Below the pieces are notes generated by a model, which was given only the letters and a program-made list of their open reading frames with translations, searched no databases and was not told the DNA's origin. Shown here in pieces: positions 26,285 to 34,766 of a stretch of DNA of 45,566 nucleotides. The DNA lies in the sequence record NC_073325.1; one strand, 5' to 3'. Each line of letters starts with the position of its first letter. The stretch's first letter is position 1. The position numbers and the translations under genes were made by a program. This stretch comes from Escherichia phage vB_EcoS_XY1.

Positions 26285-26770
26285 TCATTTAACAGCCCTC
26301 CCGATAGCCTCAGCCTCTTGCCACGGTTTACCGTCGAACAGCGCCAGACGTCCGGCTGTACGGCGACGCAGGCCGAGTAACGGTTTGCCGTTCTGGTTGA
26401 TGAACAGCGCCAGCTTAGCCCGCAGCGTCGGAATATCACCGTAACGCAGAGCCTTACCCGTGCCCGTAGTAGACGCAATCACGCCAGCGCCCGCGTTATA
26501 GACCAGGTCGCAAACAGCATCAAACTGCGCCTGCGTCAGTGAATGGTGTGCCGCTGCATCAACCGCAGCTACAGCCTTAGCCATATCGCGATTCAGTAAC
26601 AGCAAGCCCTGTCCTGGTGTGATGGTCTTACCTGGTGTTACGTCCGGCCCGTAGTGGCCGTAGCCTATGGTAAGGTACTTCTCATTCGGCGTAGCGCGAT
26701 ACGCAGTTCCACGGAACCCCTCGAATGCGGCGGTAAAATGCAATCCATTATCTGAAATATTTCGAGACAC
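26285..26770 (-). CDS. Endolysin, phage lysozyme-like (GH24-type)
   Basis: N-terminal FEGFRGTAYR...YLTIGYGH lysozyme motif; directly downstream of two holin-like genes. Confidence 0.75.
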   Translation of the reverse strand: MSRNISDNGLHFTAAFEGFRGTAYRATPNEKYLTIGYGHYGPDVTPGKTITPGQGLLLLNRDMAKAVAAVDAAAHHSLTQAQFDAVCDLVYNAGAGVIASTTGTGKALRYGDIPTLRAKLALFINQNGKPLLGLRRRTAGRLALFDGKPWQEAEAIGRAVK

Positions 26771-27020
26771 GCTTATGCCCTCCGTATGACAGCCACGCCT
26801 GACGAATCTGGCGCAGCGCGACTAATGTGATTAATGTCTCAGGCAGCGTTGGCGACATGCTGCCATGTAACAGGTGGATGCATCCGGCAGCGCAGACGAT
26901 AGCAGTCAGGATATAGAGCACCCGACCAAATAATCCGTCGTCCACGCAGGGGTGATACACATTAAACAGCGATGCGCCCCCGATTGCCAGCATACCGCCG
27001 AACCAGAATAGCTCATTCAT
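26748..27020 (-). CDS. Holin or antiholin (second small membrane protein of the lysis cassette)
   Basis: 90 aa with two hydrophobic helices; overlaps both neighbours. Confidence 0.45.
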   Translation of the reverse strand: MNELFWFGGMLAIGGASLFNVYHPCVDDGLFGRVLYILTAIVCAAGCIHLLHGSMSPTLPETLITLVALRQIRQAWLSYGGHKRVSKYFR

Positions 27021-27321
27021 CCGGGCCTCCTCGACGTGAGATGTATTCCCCGGCGACGATACCGGATAGACGGGAATAAATAGGCATCCAGAGAATTGCG
27101 ATGATGAATCCCAGGCCAGCTATCTCTCGCTCGCCGGTGATACCGAACCATTGCGCTGCAAGAGGCGCACCGAATACGGCGCAGGTGAAGCCGGTAGCGA
27201 TAAAGCAGAAGCCATCAATAGGGCCAGAAATAACGGACTTATGTTGCCGTAGGCCGATTACCCCTCCGGCTAGTGCGGCAGCGAGAAGCCACCCCGTCAC
27301 TGTTTCAGTAAATTTATCCAA
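27013..27321 (-). CDS. Holin
   Basis: 102 aa with multiple hydrophobic helices and a charged C-terminus; first gene of the lysis cassette. Confidence 0.55.
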   Translation of the reverse strand: MDKFTETVTGWLLAAALAGGVIGLRQHKSVISGPIDGFCFIATGFTCAVFGAPLAAQWFGITGEREIAGLGFIIAILWMPIYSRLSGIVAGEYISRRGGPDE

Positions 27322-27396
27322 GATGAATCCTCCAGGTGCGTATTAAGTATGCAGTAACTGGAGGATACCACGGGTAGGAATTATCCTAATAGCGGT

Positions 27397-27690
27397 TTAT
27401 TTATGTCTCCAGATGTATTGTCGTCTCTGTGGTTTCGTCGGGATATCATCGTATCCCAGCGATTTCCAGTAATTAAATAACCGATTAGAGATTGCAGCGC
27501 GTTCCTGTGTTTTAAACTCACCGAGGTTTACGGCCTTCCCGTTCTGGAATCCACAGGCGCGGACAGCTTTACGCCGCTCTTGTATCTCAGGGAACAGTGC
27601 GTTACGGCGACGCTTGTGTATACGTGTCTTCGCTCTCGGTGACAGCGGCGCAAGGCCGCTTCGTTTCAGGATGTCAGTTGCGAGGCTCAT
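27397..27690 (-). CDS. Small basic protein with AP2-like DNA-binding motif
   Basis: NGKAVNLGEFKTQERAAISNRL resembles the AP2 motif also present in the 5247-5897 protein. Confidence 0.35.
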   Translation of the reverse strand: MSLATDILKRSGLAPLSPRAKTRIHKRRRNALFPEIQERRKAVRACGFQNGKAVNLGEFKTQERAAISNRLFNYWKSLGYDDIPTKPQRRQYIWRHK

Positions 27691-27938
27691 AGCAGAATGC
27701 CAAGTTCGTATATGGTTTGCTGGTCTACAAACTCAGGCGCTATAACGTCACTATAGTCGCTATACACCTTACCAGCTTCTCGCACAAGACAACGGGCTGC
27801 CGCTTTTATTTCCAGAAGTTTGGCTTCCAGTTCCTTGTAGTCTTCGTAGCTTACATAACGCCCTTCATGCGAGTCCGGGACAGGCGTTATATCTACTGCG
27901 CCCGCAAAATCTTCTGTTAAATCATATCTCTGTACCAT
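27687..27938 (-). CDS. Hypothetical protein, tandem paralog of 27938-28207
   Basis: Shares MVQRY...YEDY.ELE.K with the upstream gene; TGATG stop/start overlap (track ORF trimmed to the internal Met). Confidence 0.4.
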   Translation of the reverse strand: MVQRYDLTEDFAGAVDITPVPDSHEGRYVSYEDYKELEAKLLEIKAAARCLVREAGKVYSDYSDVIAPEFVDQQTIYELGILL

Positions 27939-28207
27939 CACTCCACCCCCTCCACATGTGTAACTGACCCACAGTTCGCGCACTCGACGTAATCAGGGAA
28001 CTGGTCTTTGTATTTCTGTAACTCGGCTTCCGCTTTTTCTGCCCACGCTAAAAAGTCGAAAGCGGCATTGAGCATCTGCGTACGCCATGTCCTGAGTTCA
28101 TTGAACTTACGCTCAAGTTCCGCGTAGTCTTCGTAACCAACCCAGTCACCATCGTCGTGCGGCCCTATTAAACCGCCTTGTAATAAATATCTCTGTACCA
28201 TAATCAC
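27938..28207 (-). CDS. Hypothetical protein, tandem paralog of 27687-27938; C-terminal CxxC
   Basis: MIMVQRYLL...GYEDYAELERKFNEL...CANCGS. Confidence 0.4.
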   Translation of the reverse strand: MIMVQRYLLQGGLIGPHDDGDWVGYEDYAELERKFNELRTWRTQMLNAAFDFLAWAEKAEAELQKYKDQFPDYVECANCGSVTHVEGVE

Positions 28208-28422
28208 TTCTCCTGTTTACCAAGTCGCTTAGGTGAGCAGATAGCGCGTACCTCTGAATCGTTAGGCTTGTCGCCCTGAAACAAGAAGTGCGCGTTCTCT
28301 GCAGCGCGTGCCGCTGACTGGCACGCCTCCATCGAGTAAAACGTTTCTGTTGCCGCCAGGTGCATCTGACCCGCAGATAACACCCAGATAAATAAGATGC
28401 TGGTCATTTCTTTAACCCACAT
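28204..28422 (-). CDS. Hypothetical small protein with N-terminal hydrophobic segment (possibly exported)
   Basis: MTSILFIWVLSAGQMHLAA signal-like segment. Confidence 0.3.
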   Translation of the reverse strand: MWVKEMTSILFIWVLSAGQMHLAATETFYSMEACQSAARAAENAHFLFQGDKPNDSEVRAICSPKRLGKQEK

Positions 28423-28679
28423 TTAATGCACATACATGGAAACCCGACTCCGTAAAATTGCCATTCGTGTTCACGCTGTTTCTCCTTCCACCGTACCCAC
28501 ATCCGCTGAACCTCTGGTTCAGCGTAGCCATTGTCTTTCCGGGCCGGGGTGAACCCAAACCGGCTCCGGAACCATATTTCAAACTGCTGCAAAGTGAGTC
28601 TCACTTCCTGGTAACTTGAAGCCGTTGTCGGTCCGCGCCACGTTCCACTCAATCCCACCGTGGTACACAACCATGTCAT
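28404..28679 (-). CDS. Hypothetical protein (start uncertain; overlaps 28579-28764)
   Basis: 91-aa ORF; overlap suggests a shorter true product. Confidence 0.2.
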   Translation of the reverse strand: MTWLCTTVGLSGTWRGPTTASSYQEVRLTLQQFEIWFRSRFGFTPARKDNGYAEPEVQRMWVRWKEKQREHEWQFYGVGFPCMCIKCGLKK

Positions 28680-28764
28680 CTAAATCCAGGTCTATAACGG
28701 TTCCTACTTTGAAGATGCCTTTAGTCAGTTCACTGTCTCTTTTTGTAACTTTAACTTCTAACAT
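28579..28764 (-). CDS. Hypothetical small protein
   Basis: 61-aa ORF in the same-strand early cluster. Confidence 0.3.
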   Translation of the reverse strand: MLEVKVTKRDSELTKGIFKVGTVIDLDLDDMVVYHGGIEWNVARTDNGFKLPGSETHFAAV

Positions 28765-29137
28765 TTCGTTTTCCTCTGTCTCGTCTGTGTAAATGAATAG
28801 TAGCCTATTCTATCTTAGTGTGCAAGTAAATTTTATTGGTGTTTTAAAGATAATCGTTCGCCACGAATCCAGTAGTACCTCGGGCGTCTGGCCCACTGGC
28901 ACCAGCGCATAACACGGTACTTGTTGCCGTCTGACGCAACAATAAGCCCGAATCGCTTTTCTCCGTTTCTACCGGTCCAGGTTACGATGTCATTCAGTTT
29001 CATTGTTGCGTCTCCTGCAATAGTCGCTTCGATTGTTGCGTTTGGTGAAAGTGTCGCCTTTTGACGACACTAAGTTAAAGTTGTACGCTGCTGTGTAGCA
29101 GCGTAAGTCACTCAGTAAAATCCCAAACTATTGAACA

Positions 29138-29338
29138 TCACACTTCCGGCGGCTCAGGTAACGGCATCCAGTGAGTCACGTACTTATCGTAGTGATTCCA
29201 GAAAGGCTTTCTCCCGCCATCAGGAACGATGTAATAATCGTGTTGAACTGCGTTATTTAACGTTTCATACACCAGGAATTCTTTATCTGTACTACCGTTG
29301 CCCGGCAGCATCTCACTACACTTAATCCACTCACCCAT
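29138..29338 (-). CDS. Hypothetical protein, DUF551-like
   Basis: MGEWIKCSEMLPGNG N-terminus and ...HWMPLPEPPEV C-terminus; GAGGTGA SD. Confidence 0.35.
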   Translation of the reverse strand: MGEWIKCSEMLPGNGSTDKEFLVYETLNNAVQHDYYIVPDGGRKPFWNHYDKYVTHWMPLPEPPEV

Positions 29339-29481
29339 ATCTCACCTCGTATTCATCGCAGTTTGAACACCAGCTTTCCACGCCCGCCACGCGAGACGTG
29401 TCTTAACGTTCAGGTACTCTTTCTTTGAACCCTTGTTAACCGGCAGACCCTCGACGATGGCCCACCGTTCGAATGCTTCTC

Positions 29482-29688
29482 TCATAACTCAACCCCGTGG
29501 TGCTTAAGAAAACTGTTTAACTTGTACTCACGGTACTGTGCTACCTCCTTAGCATGAGCCAAATGCCACGACTTCAACGGGGTGTACTTCGCCTTTTCCC
29601 AGCATTCAACACCAAACTCGGCGGCGCGCAGACCGCCAATCAGACGGCGTAAGCGGAATTCGTTATACGGACTCATACCAACCTCCAC
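29482..29688 (-). CDS. Hypothetical small protein
   Basis: 68-aa ORF; a 47-codon ORF with ATGA overlap follows at about 29342-29485. Confidence 0.3.
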   Translation of the reverse strand: MEVGMSPYNEFRLRRLIGGLRAAEFGVECWEKAKYTPLKSWHLAHAKEVAQYREYKLNSFLKHHGVEL

Positions 29689-29730
29689 AACGCGTGCACC
29701 ACATAAACGGCGCTGATGATTAAAACAAAC

Positions 29731-29982
29731 TTATTCACGGCAACCTCCCTCAGAGTCGTCGGCACGAGCATCATGATTCGATGCCGTTTTGATTATATTT
29801 TTCAGGCAACTTTTGCACGGCATAATTCTCCCTCCCTGCTCCATAACTAACAGGGCGTGCTGTGCGTCCTGAAACAACCAATCACTAAATTGAGGCTTAC
29901 AGCCGCACCATGTTTCTATATCATGTTTGGCGAGTTTAACCCCATCGCGATAGTCGTATTTAATTATATGATTAAACATCAC
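29731..29982 (-). CDS. Hypothetical Cys-rich protein (possible zinc binding)
   Basis: WCGCK...PCKSC cysteine pairs. Confidence 0.3.
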   Translation of the reverse strand: MMFNHIIKYDYRDGVKLAKHDIETWCGCKPQFSDWLFQDAQHALLVMEQGGRIMPCKSCLKNIIKTASNHDARADDSEGGCRE

Positions 29983-30164
29983 TTCGCCCCTTTGAATTTA
30001 AAATTGTTGCCGATGAGTTTTAAATTATCGCGGAAGGCGTAACCATGTTTCTTTCGTATAAGACCCCATACATCTACAGCGATACTGTATTCATTTTCGT
30101 CCTGGGTAACTATTACGTACTGTCCGCCGCGTTTCGTTTTAGCCAACTGACCCTTCTTAAACAT
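29979..30164 (-). CDS. Hypothetical small basic protein, first gene of the leftward early operon
   Basis: Start trimmed to the Met preceded by AGAGGAG; lies just downstream of the 30192-30228 promoter element. Confidence 0.3.
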   Translation of the reverse strand: MFKKGQLAKTKRGGQYVIVTQDENEYSIAVDVWGLIRKKHGYAFRDNLKLIGNNFKFKGAK

Positions 30165-30191
30165 AACCCTAACTCCTCTGTCTAGTTTCAA

Positions 30192-30228
30192 TAAGTGAAT
30201 AGTAACCTATTATGTTGGGGTGTGCAAG
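30192..30228. promoter_or_regulatory. 37-bp bidirectional promoter/operator element (inverted copy of 9161-9197)
   Basis: TAAGTGAATAGTAACCTATTATGTTGGGGTGTGCAAG; minus orientation TTGCAC-N17-TACTAT; plus orientation TATTAT -10; palindrome AATAG-N4-CTATT. Confidence 0.5.
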
Positions 30229-30610
30229 AGATTCATTGAAAATGGTTACGTTGCCGTTGTGATTCTTCAGGTAGGGTTGTGCCTTTATTCTTATTACTTG
30301 GTAACTAAAGGGCAGGCCCTAAGCCTGCCCAATAATCGTTACATTTTTACGGTTGCGAATCTACGGCACTTTAAGAAAATCAGATACTTAAGATATATTC
30401 CGCCGATGGGAATAGAGCTTGCCCAGGGCAACCGGAGATACTTAGGAAGGAAAGTTACGATAATTCGAATGTTCAGTAAACTGCCGCCTAACACTTCGCG
30501 TTGGGCGCTCGTTTTCGGCGGGTTTTACAAGGTGAACAGGAATCAAAGTAACTAAGATATAGAAGCACCTTAAACGAAGATTTTCTTAATGTCAATAGGT
30601 GCGATTATGT

Positions 30611-30639
30611 TTGATTTCCCATTATTCGCAATGTATACT
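30611..30639 (+). promoter_or_regulatory. Sigma70-like promoter for the rightward early operon
   Basis: TTGATT-N17-TATACT about 33 nt upstream of the 30672 ATG. Confidence 0.45.
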
Positions 30640-30671
30640 TGGTTTCGTTAACTGATAATGGGGGTTTGAGA

Positions 30672-30842
30672 ATGACACAGAATGAAGTAGCCGAGCGTAT
30701 TGGGGTTACCCGTCGCACGCTGAATAACTGGTTAAAGAGTGGGAAGTTCCCGGATTGTTGTATCCGTATTATGGGCCGCCGGCAGCCGGGTACTTTCGAC
30801 CCGGAGAAAGTGGAAGCGTGGATTAAGGAGAATGTAAAATGA
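30672..30842 (+). CDS. Small HTH DNA-binding protein (AlpA/excisionase-like fold)
   Basis: MTQNEVAERIGVTRRTLNNWLKSGKFP; GGGGG SD; start trimmed from track ORF 30639. Confidence 0.45.
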   Translation: MTQNEVAERIGVTRRTLNNWLKSGKFPDCCIRIMGRRQPGTFDPEKVEAWIKENVK

Positions 30843-31072
30843 CCGAGTTCCAGTCCCGCGTATTTACGGCAGTCGTTTCATTAACCTGTAAAAAAGGGTC
30901 GTGCAGCGTTATGGACTTGCGCCGTAGTTATTTTAGGTACTATAGTTCCGCCATTATTGAAGGGTCGTTGAAGGTACTGGTTAAATCTGGTGTCGTGAAA
31001 AATGTTGGCGGGAAATATAGTGCTGTTGCCGAAGTTCGCGGAATGACCGCTACTTTAGAAGACCTGGAATAA
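30839..31072 (+). CDS. Hypothetical protein
   Basis: 77-aa ORF with ATGA overlap between the HTH gene and the primase-helicase. Confidence 0.3.
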   Translation: MTEFQSRVFTAVVSLTCKKGSCSVMDLRRSYFRYYSSAIIEGSLKVLVKSGVVKNVGGKYSAVAEVRGMTATLEDLE

Positions 31073-31130
31073 AAGAAAGCCCCGACGCGGTGAACGCCGA
31101 GGCTAAATTACTTGCTGAAGGAAATATAAC

Positions 31131-33389
31131 ATGTCCGATGTAATTTTATCCTACTCGTGGTCTCGTCGCAACGCGCGGGCCGAGAAAAAGGATATAAACG
31201 TCAGAACCACACACACGGCAACGCTGGGCGACCTGAAAGATTTAATCCAGCCGCTTGATGCTGTCCGTGACGGAATTAACCCGAAGACCGCACCCGGTTA
31301 TATCACCGCCGCGTGCGACTCCACACACAGCACCGTAAAAGACCCGGAAACCGGTGACTTTAAGCAAGCGCGTAAAGGCTTCTTCTATCGCTGTGATGCG
31401 TCTGTAAGCAAATCGTCGCTGGCGTATCTTGACTTCGATAGCGCAACACCGGAAGAGTATCGGGAAGCGGTGCGCCTGGTTAAGCGCAGCCGCCAGGCGA
31501 TGTGTCTCTACACCACGGCATCACATACCGACGAGTCGCCGCGCTTTCGCGTCGTCATGCCGCTGGCCCGCCCGGTTGAAGGTGGCGACATCATCCGTGT
31601 TCGCCATGGATTACTGGAGCACTTCTTCAAAGGCATGGGCGCGGACCGCAGCGGGTTCACTCTGTCGCAGCCGATGTACCTGCCGCCAGTTGGCTCTACT
31701 GTTATCTGGTCGCGCCGCAACGACCTGATTGACCCTGATGAGTTACTGGAAGGCGTCCCAGCCGTTGACATCAGCAGCGCATCTGATTACCAGATACCGG
31801 AAGAACTGCGCACCGCGTTTACAGATGCGTTTGAAGCACTGGCATTCGAGTACGGCGGCATCATGACGCCGCGTGGCCTTAAGATGCCAGCTACGCCAGA
31901 ACACGCAGAAAACTACAGCGACCCGACCCCGCGCCCGGACGACTTCCTGCTGTGCTTCCCGCGCGAGGGATATGAAGCGCCGAACGTAACGATGATTCAC
32001 GACACCGACATCACGGCAACCGAAGGCATGTCGCCGAAAGAGGTGTGGAAATACGCGTGTGATGCGACCGGGCTGCCGTTCAGTGAAGTCGCCGAGGCTA
32101 TCGGATGGGGTGCGCGTGAATCTGTTTCATGCAGCCTCGACGACCTGGAAGACGATGATGACTCAGAAGAGGACGAGCTACCGGAACCGGTAAAGGCTGA
32201 TTTCGTCGTTGAGGGGTACATGCCGTCAGATTGTATCTGGGATATTGTTGGGGAATCCGGCACGTACAAATCGTTCTATACGCTGGGGATGATGTACCTG
32301 AGCGCCGCCGGATACCGGTTTGCCGGGGCGGATACCCAGCGTTGCCACCATTTCTATATCGACGGTGAGGGAGGCGCAGCTACACGCACACGTATTGACG
32401 CGCTCGCGGCTAAATACGGCGAGGAAGGTAAAGATTACGTACATGTCATTGATATGGGTGAGGTGCTCGCCGCGCATGGTGATAAAAAAATCCCCGCGCT
32501 AATCCGCAGGATGCGTGAAGCTGCAGGGGACGAGCCTATTGGTATGGTCGCGTTCGATACCCTCAACCAGACGCTGGCCCTGACAATTGACAAGTTCGAC
32601 GAGAACAGTTCATCAACTGCAATTGGCATGGGTAAAGTTATCGCCATCCTTAAAAAAGTACGCGACGCAACTAAAGCCGCTGTGGGTGTCGTCCACCATA
32701 CGCCTAAGGGTGGAAAGAAAGCCCGTGGTAGCGGGGCGCTGTATGCCGGTGTTGATGTGGAGCTGACAATTGAGCGCGCTACCGACCGCCAGATAAACGT
32801 ATACCACTCGAAATTTAAGCATGGGCCTCAACAGAAAACGGTTGGCATGGTTCTGGAGTCGGTACAGTTCCGTGAAGCCCCGCCTCCGAAAGAATACCGT
32901 GCGGTTGAGTTCCTCGGTAGCACAGAGGAATACGGCACAATCGTAAACCTCGATCTGCCTGAGCCGCACAAGGCGCTTGTGCTGATGCCGTGGGGCTTCG
33001 AGCCGTTCAAAACTGACGAGGAGAAAGAGCGGGAAGAAGGGTTGACGAAAGAAGGTAAGCAAAAAGTAAAGGAAGAAGTTAAACGCGGCAGGGATGAAGT
33101 AAGGAAGGAGTCAATACTTTCGGCACTGGAAGACCTGCAACAGTCAGATGACACAGGTCGCGGTTTTACTCAGCAGCAGATAGTGGCTCGTTCCGGTGAC
33201 TTCTCTGTGACTAACACCCATCTTGATAAAATGTTGAAAGATGGAGAACTAATGCTTGGTTGCGATGCTAACGGCGAAGTAGTACCGAGAACATATCGTA
33301 TACCCGAAAGAATAGGTGATAGATTAAGGCCGAAGACACTATACGAACCAAATGAGATGCTGGTGGTGACAGAGGAGGATTTGGAATAG
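31131..33389 (+). CDS. Primase-helicase: primase-like N-terminal domain fused to a RecA-fold ATPase
   Basis: 752 aa; N-terminal LAYLDFD and SHTDESPRFRVVMPL motifs; Walker A GESGTYKS; Walker B-like MVAFDTL; VVHHTPKGG. Confidence 0.55.
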   Translation: MSDVILSYSWSRRNARAEKKDINVRTTHTATLGDLKDLIQPLDAVRDGINPKTAPGYITAACDSTHSTVKDPETGDFKQARKGFFYRCDASVSKSSLAYLDFDSATPEEYREAVRLVKRSRQAMCLYTTASHTDESPRFRVVMPLARPVEGGDIIRVRHGLLEHFFKGMGADRSGFTLSQPMYLPPVGSTVIWSRRNDLIDPDELLEGVPAVDISSASDYQIPEELRTAFTDAFEALAFEYGGIMTPRGLKMPATPEHAENYSDPTPRPDDFLLCFPREGYEAPNVTMIHDTDITATEGMSPKEVWKYACDATGLPFSEVAEAIGWGARESVSCSLDDLEDDDDSEEDELPEPVKADFVVEGYMPSDCIWDIVGESGTYKSFYTLGMMYLSAAGYRFAGADTQRCHHFYIDGEGGAATRTRIDALAAKYGEEGKDYVHVIDMGEVLAAHGDKKIPALIRRMREAAGDEPIGMVAFDTLNQTLALTIDKFDENSSSTAIGMGKVIAILKKVRDATKAAVGVVHHTPKGGKKARGSGALYAGVDVELTIERATDRQINVYHSKFKHGPQQKTVGMVLESVQFREAPPPKEYRAVEFLGSTEEYGTIVNLDLPEPHKALVLMPWGFEPFKTDEEKEREEGLTKEGKQKVKEEVKRGRDEVRKESILSALEDLQQSDDTGRGFTQQQIVARSGDFSVTNTHLDKMLKDGELMLGCDANGEVVPRTYRIPERIGDRLRPKTLYEPNEMLVVTEEDLE

Positions 33390-33406
33390 GTAAAAAGAAA
33401 GGGGCG

Positions 33407-33622
33407 TTACGCCCCTTCACCTAGCGCCAGCCACTTGGCGTCTACTTCCAGCACTTCCGCCAGTTTAAACAGCGTTGCCGGGCGTACGTCCTGAGTTACC
33501 CCGAGTGCAAGCTGGTTAATCGCGCCCTGGGAAACGCCGGCCAGAACAGCCAGACGGCGCTGGGAGATACCGAGTTCTTTACGGCGTTGCTCTACACGGA
33601 TGCCTAGTTCAGATGGTTGCAT
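33407..33622 (-). CDS. Cro/XRE-family HTH transcriptional regulator
   Basis: 71 aa; LGISQRRLAVLAGVSQGAINQLALG HTH; AAGGAG SD; divergent from the rightward early promoters. Confidence 0.65.
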   Translation of the reverse strand: MQPSELGIRVEQRRKELGISQRRLAVLAGVSQGAINQLALGVTQDVRPATLFKLAEVLEVDAKWLALGEGA

Positions 33623-33642
33623 GTCAGTTACTCCTTAGTCAG

Positions 33643-33671
33643 TTGATATGTGAATAGTACCATATTAATTA
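33643..33671 (+). promoter_or_regulatory. Upstream operator/promoter copy (TTGATA-TGTGAATAGTACCATAT-TAATTA)
   Basis: Imperfect copy of the operator core 44 bp upstream of the main copy. Confidence 0.4.
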
Positions 33672-33686
33672 TTTTAGAAAAGCCCA

Positions 33687-33715
33687 TTGACATGTGAATA
33701 GTTCGCTATTATAGT
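33687..33715 (+). promoter_or_regulatory. Near-consensus sigma70 promoter with embedded operator palindrome
   Basis: TTGACA-N17-TATAGT; spacer contains AATAG-TTCG-CTATT; 29 bp upstream of the 33744 ATG. Confidence 0.6.
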
Positions 33716-33743
33716 TAGCCCATACCAAACGAGAGGGGCAGAT

Positions 33744-33971
33744 ATGAACACAATCACTGGGGCCATAGCTAAAGGTTTTCGAGCAATTTTCGGCGCTCCG
33801 CAAGAAGTGTGCACAAAACATAAATTTGTACTTTCTTGCGTAGTAGGGGATGAGTTTGATGGGTTCGATAAACTTGTTGTCTGTGACCATTGCGGGCAAG
33901 AAGCTATTCAACACTCAAACGGTAAATTTGAACTAATAGACGATAGCCTTACTGAAGGCGACGGTGAGTAA
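33744..33971 (+). CDS. Hypothetical protein, zinc-ribbon-like
   Basis: CTKHK...C...CDHC cysteine spacing; GAGAGGGG SD. Confidence 0.3.
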   Translation: MNTITGAIAKGFRAIFGAPQEVCTKHKFVLSCVVGDEFDGFDKLVVCDHCGQEAIQHSNGKFELIDDSLTEGDGE

Positions 33972-33995
33972 CTTACACAAACAGGAGAGAAACAA

Positions 33996-34496
33996 ATGTT
34001 AGAGAAATTCTTAGTATTGCTGGAACGTTTCGTAGTTGCACATGAACTGATTGCCGCGAACAGTGCGAAACAAGTTGTTCAGGTTGCCACGCCGCTGGAA
34101 GTAGAGACGGTATCGTACACCAAAGAAGCGGTAGCTGAGTGCGCTGAAGAAGCAACAAAAGAAATCCCGGTTGAAGGTGAAGACGTAGTTGACACTAAAC
34201 CGGCGGAGGAAGAGAAGCCAAAACGCAAGCCGCGTAAAGCTAAAGTAGAGGAACCTGCGCCAGAACCGGAAGAAGAGAAAGAAGAAGTCGATTACAAGTC
34301 TCTGCGTGACCAGATTCAGGCCATCGACGATGCAATTAATGAAGGTCCTAGCGATGCCGCGTGCGACGATTCTGATGAACTGCTGGAAGAGTTCACTGGT
34401 AAGAAAATGAAGATTGCAGCGATTAAAGACGAAGACCTGGCTGAATACCTGGAACGCTTGACAGCAATCAAGAACAAGTATTTCGAAGAAGAATAA
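33996..34496 (+). CDS. Highly acidic protein with central Lys/Pro-rich linker
   Basis: 166 aa; long Glu/Asp-rich stretches (EPEEEKEEVD, DDSDELLEEF). Confidence 0.4.
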   Translation: MLEKFLVLLERFVVAHELIAANSAKQVVQVATPLEVETVSYTKEAVAECAEEATKEIPVEGEDVVDTKPAEEEKPKRKPRKAKVEEPAPEPEEEKEEVDYKSLRDQIQAIDDAINEGPSDAACDDSDELLEEFTGKKMKIAAIKDEDLAEYLERLTAIKNKYFEEE

Positions 34497-34539
34497 TTAT
34501 CTGGCGGCCTTCGGGCCGCTTTAACTGAGGGTCGTAATA

Positions 34540-34755
34540 ATGAGTAACGTATACAAAGTAATAAACGAACAAATAGTTGTAGAAATAAGTGACTCATATG
34601 TGGGTTGTCAGCAATTCTTTGTTTTGAATGGTGCGTGGCGCGGGACTCTTGACTATGCCGCTGGCGAATATTGGGCGGACATGTACCCAACCGATAAAAC
34701 GGCGGTACATACAATTCGTCCCGCCGTTAAAGGTGAATTTGCGCCGTACTACTGA
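34540..34755 (+). CDS. Hypothetical small protein
   Basis: 71-aa ORF in the tightly packed rightward early array. Confidence 0.3.
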   Translation: MSNVYKVINEQIVVEISDSYVGCQQFFVLNGAWRGTLDYAAGEYWADMYPTDKTAVHTIRPAVKGEFAPYY

Positions 34756-34766
34756 GGGTCGGAATT

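Noticed and set aside
26215-26478. 87-aa ORF overlapping the 3' end of the endolysin gene in another frame
   Set aside because: Arg/Cys-rich shadow ORF embedded in the endolysin gene with no start signals; it lacks the lipobox or transmembrane features a spanin would need, and a convincing spanin pair exists at 18367-18862.
9161-30228. The 37-bp inverted repeats as terminal inverted repeats of a transposon or an invertible DNA segment
   Set aside because: The 21-kb interval between them holds the essential head, tail and lysis genes; no transposase or invertase is present; and both copies have promoter-like architecture. A duplicated regulatory element is the simpler reading.
30220-30555. 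111-aa plus-strand ORF in the long leader downstream of the 30192-30228 element
   Set aside because: No Shine-Dalgarno sequence, composition unlike the neighbouring genes, and it spans a strong GC hairpin; more likely untranslated leader. Not excluded experimentally.
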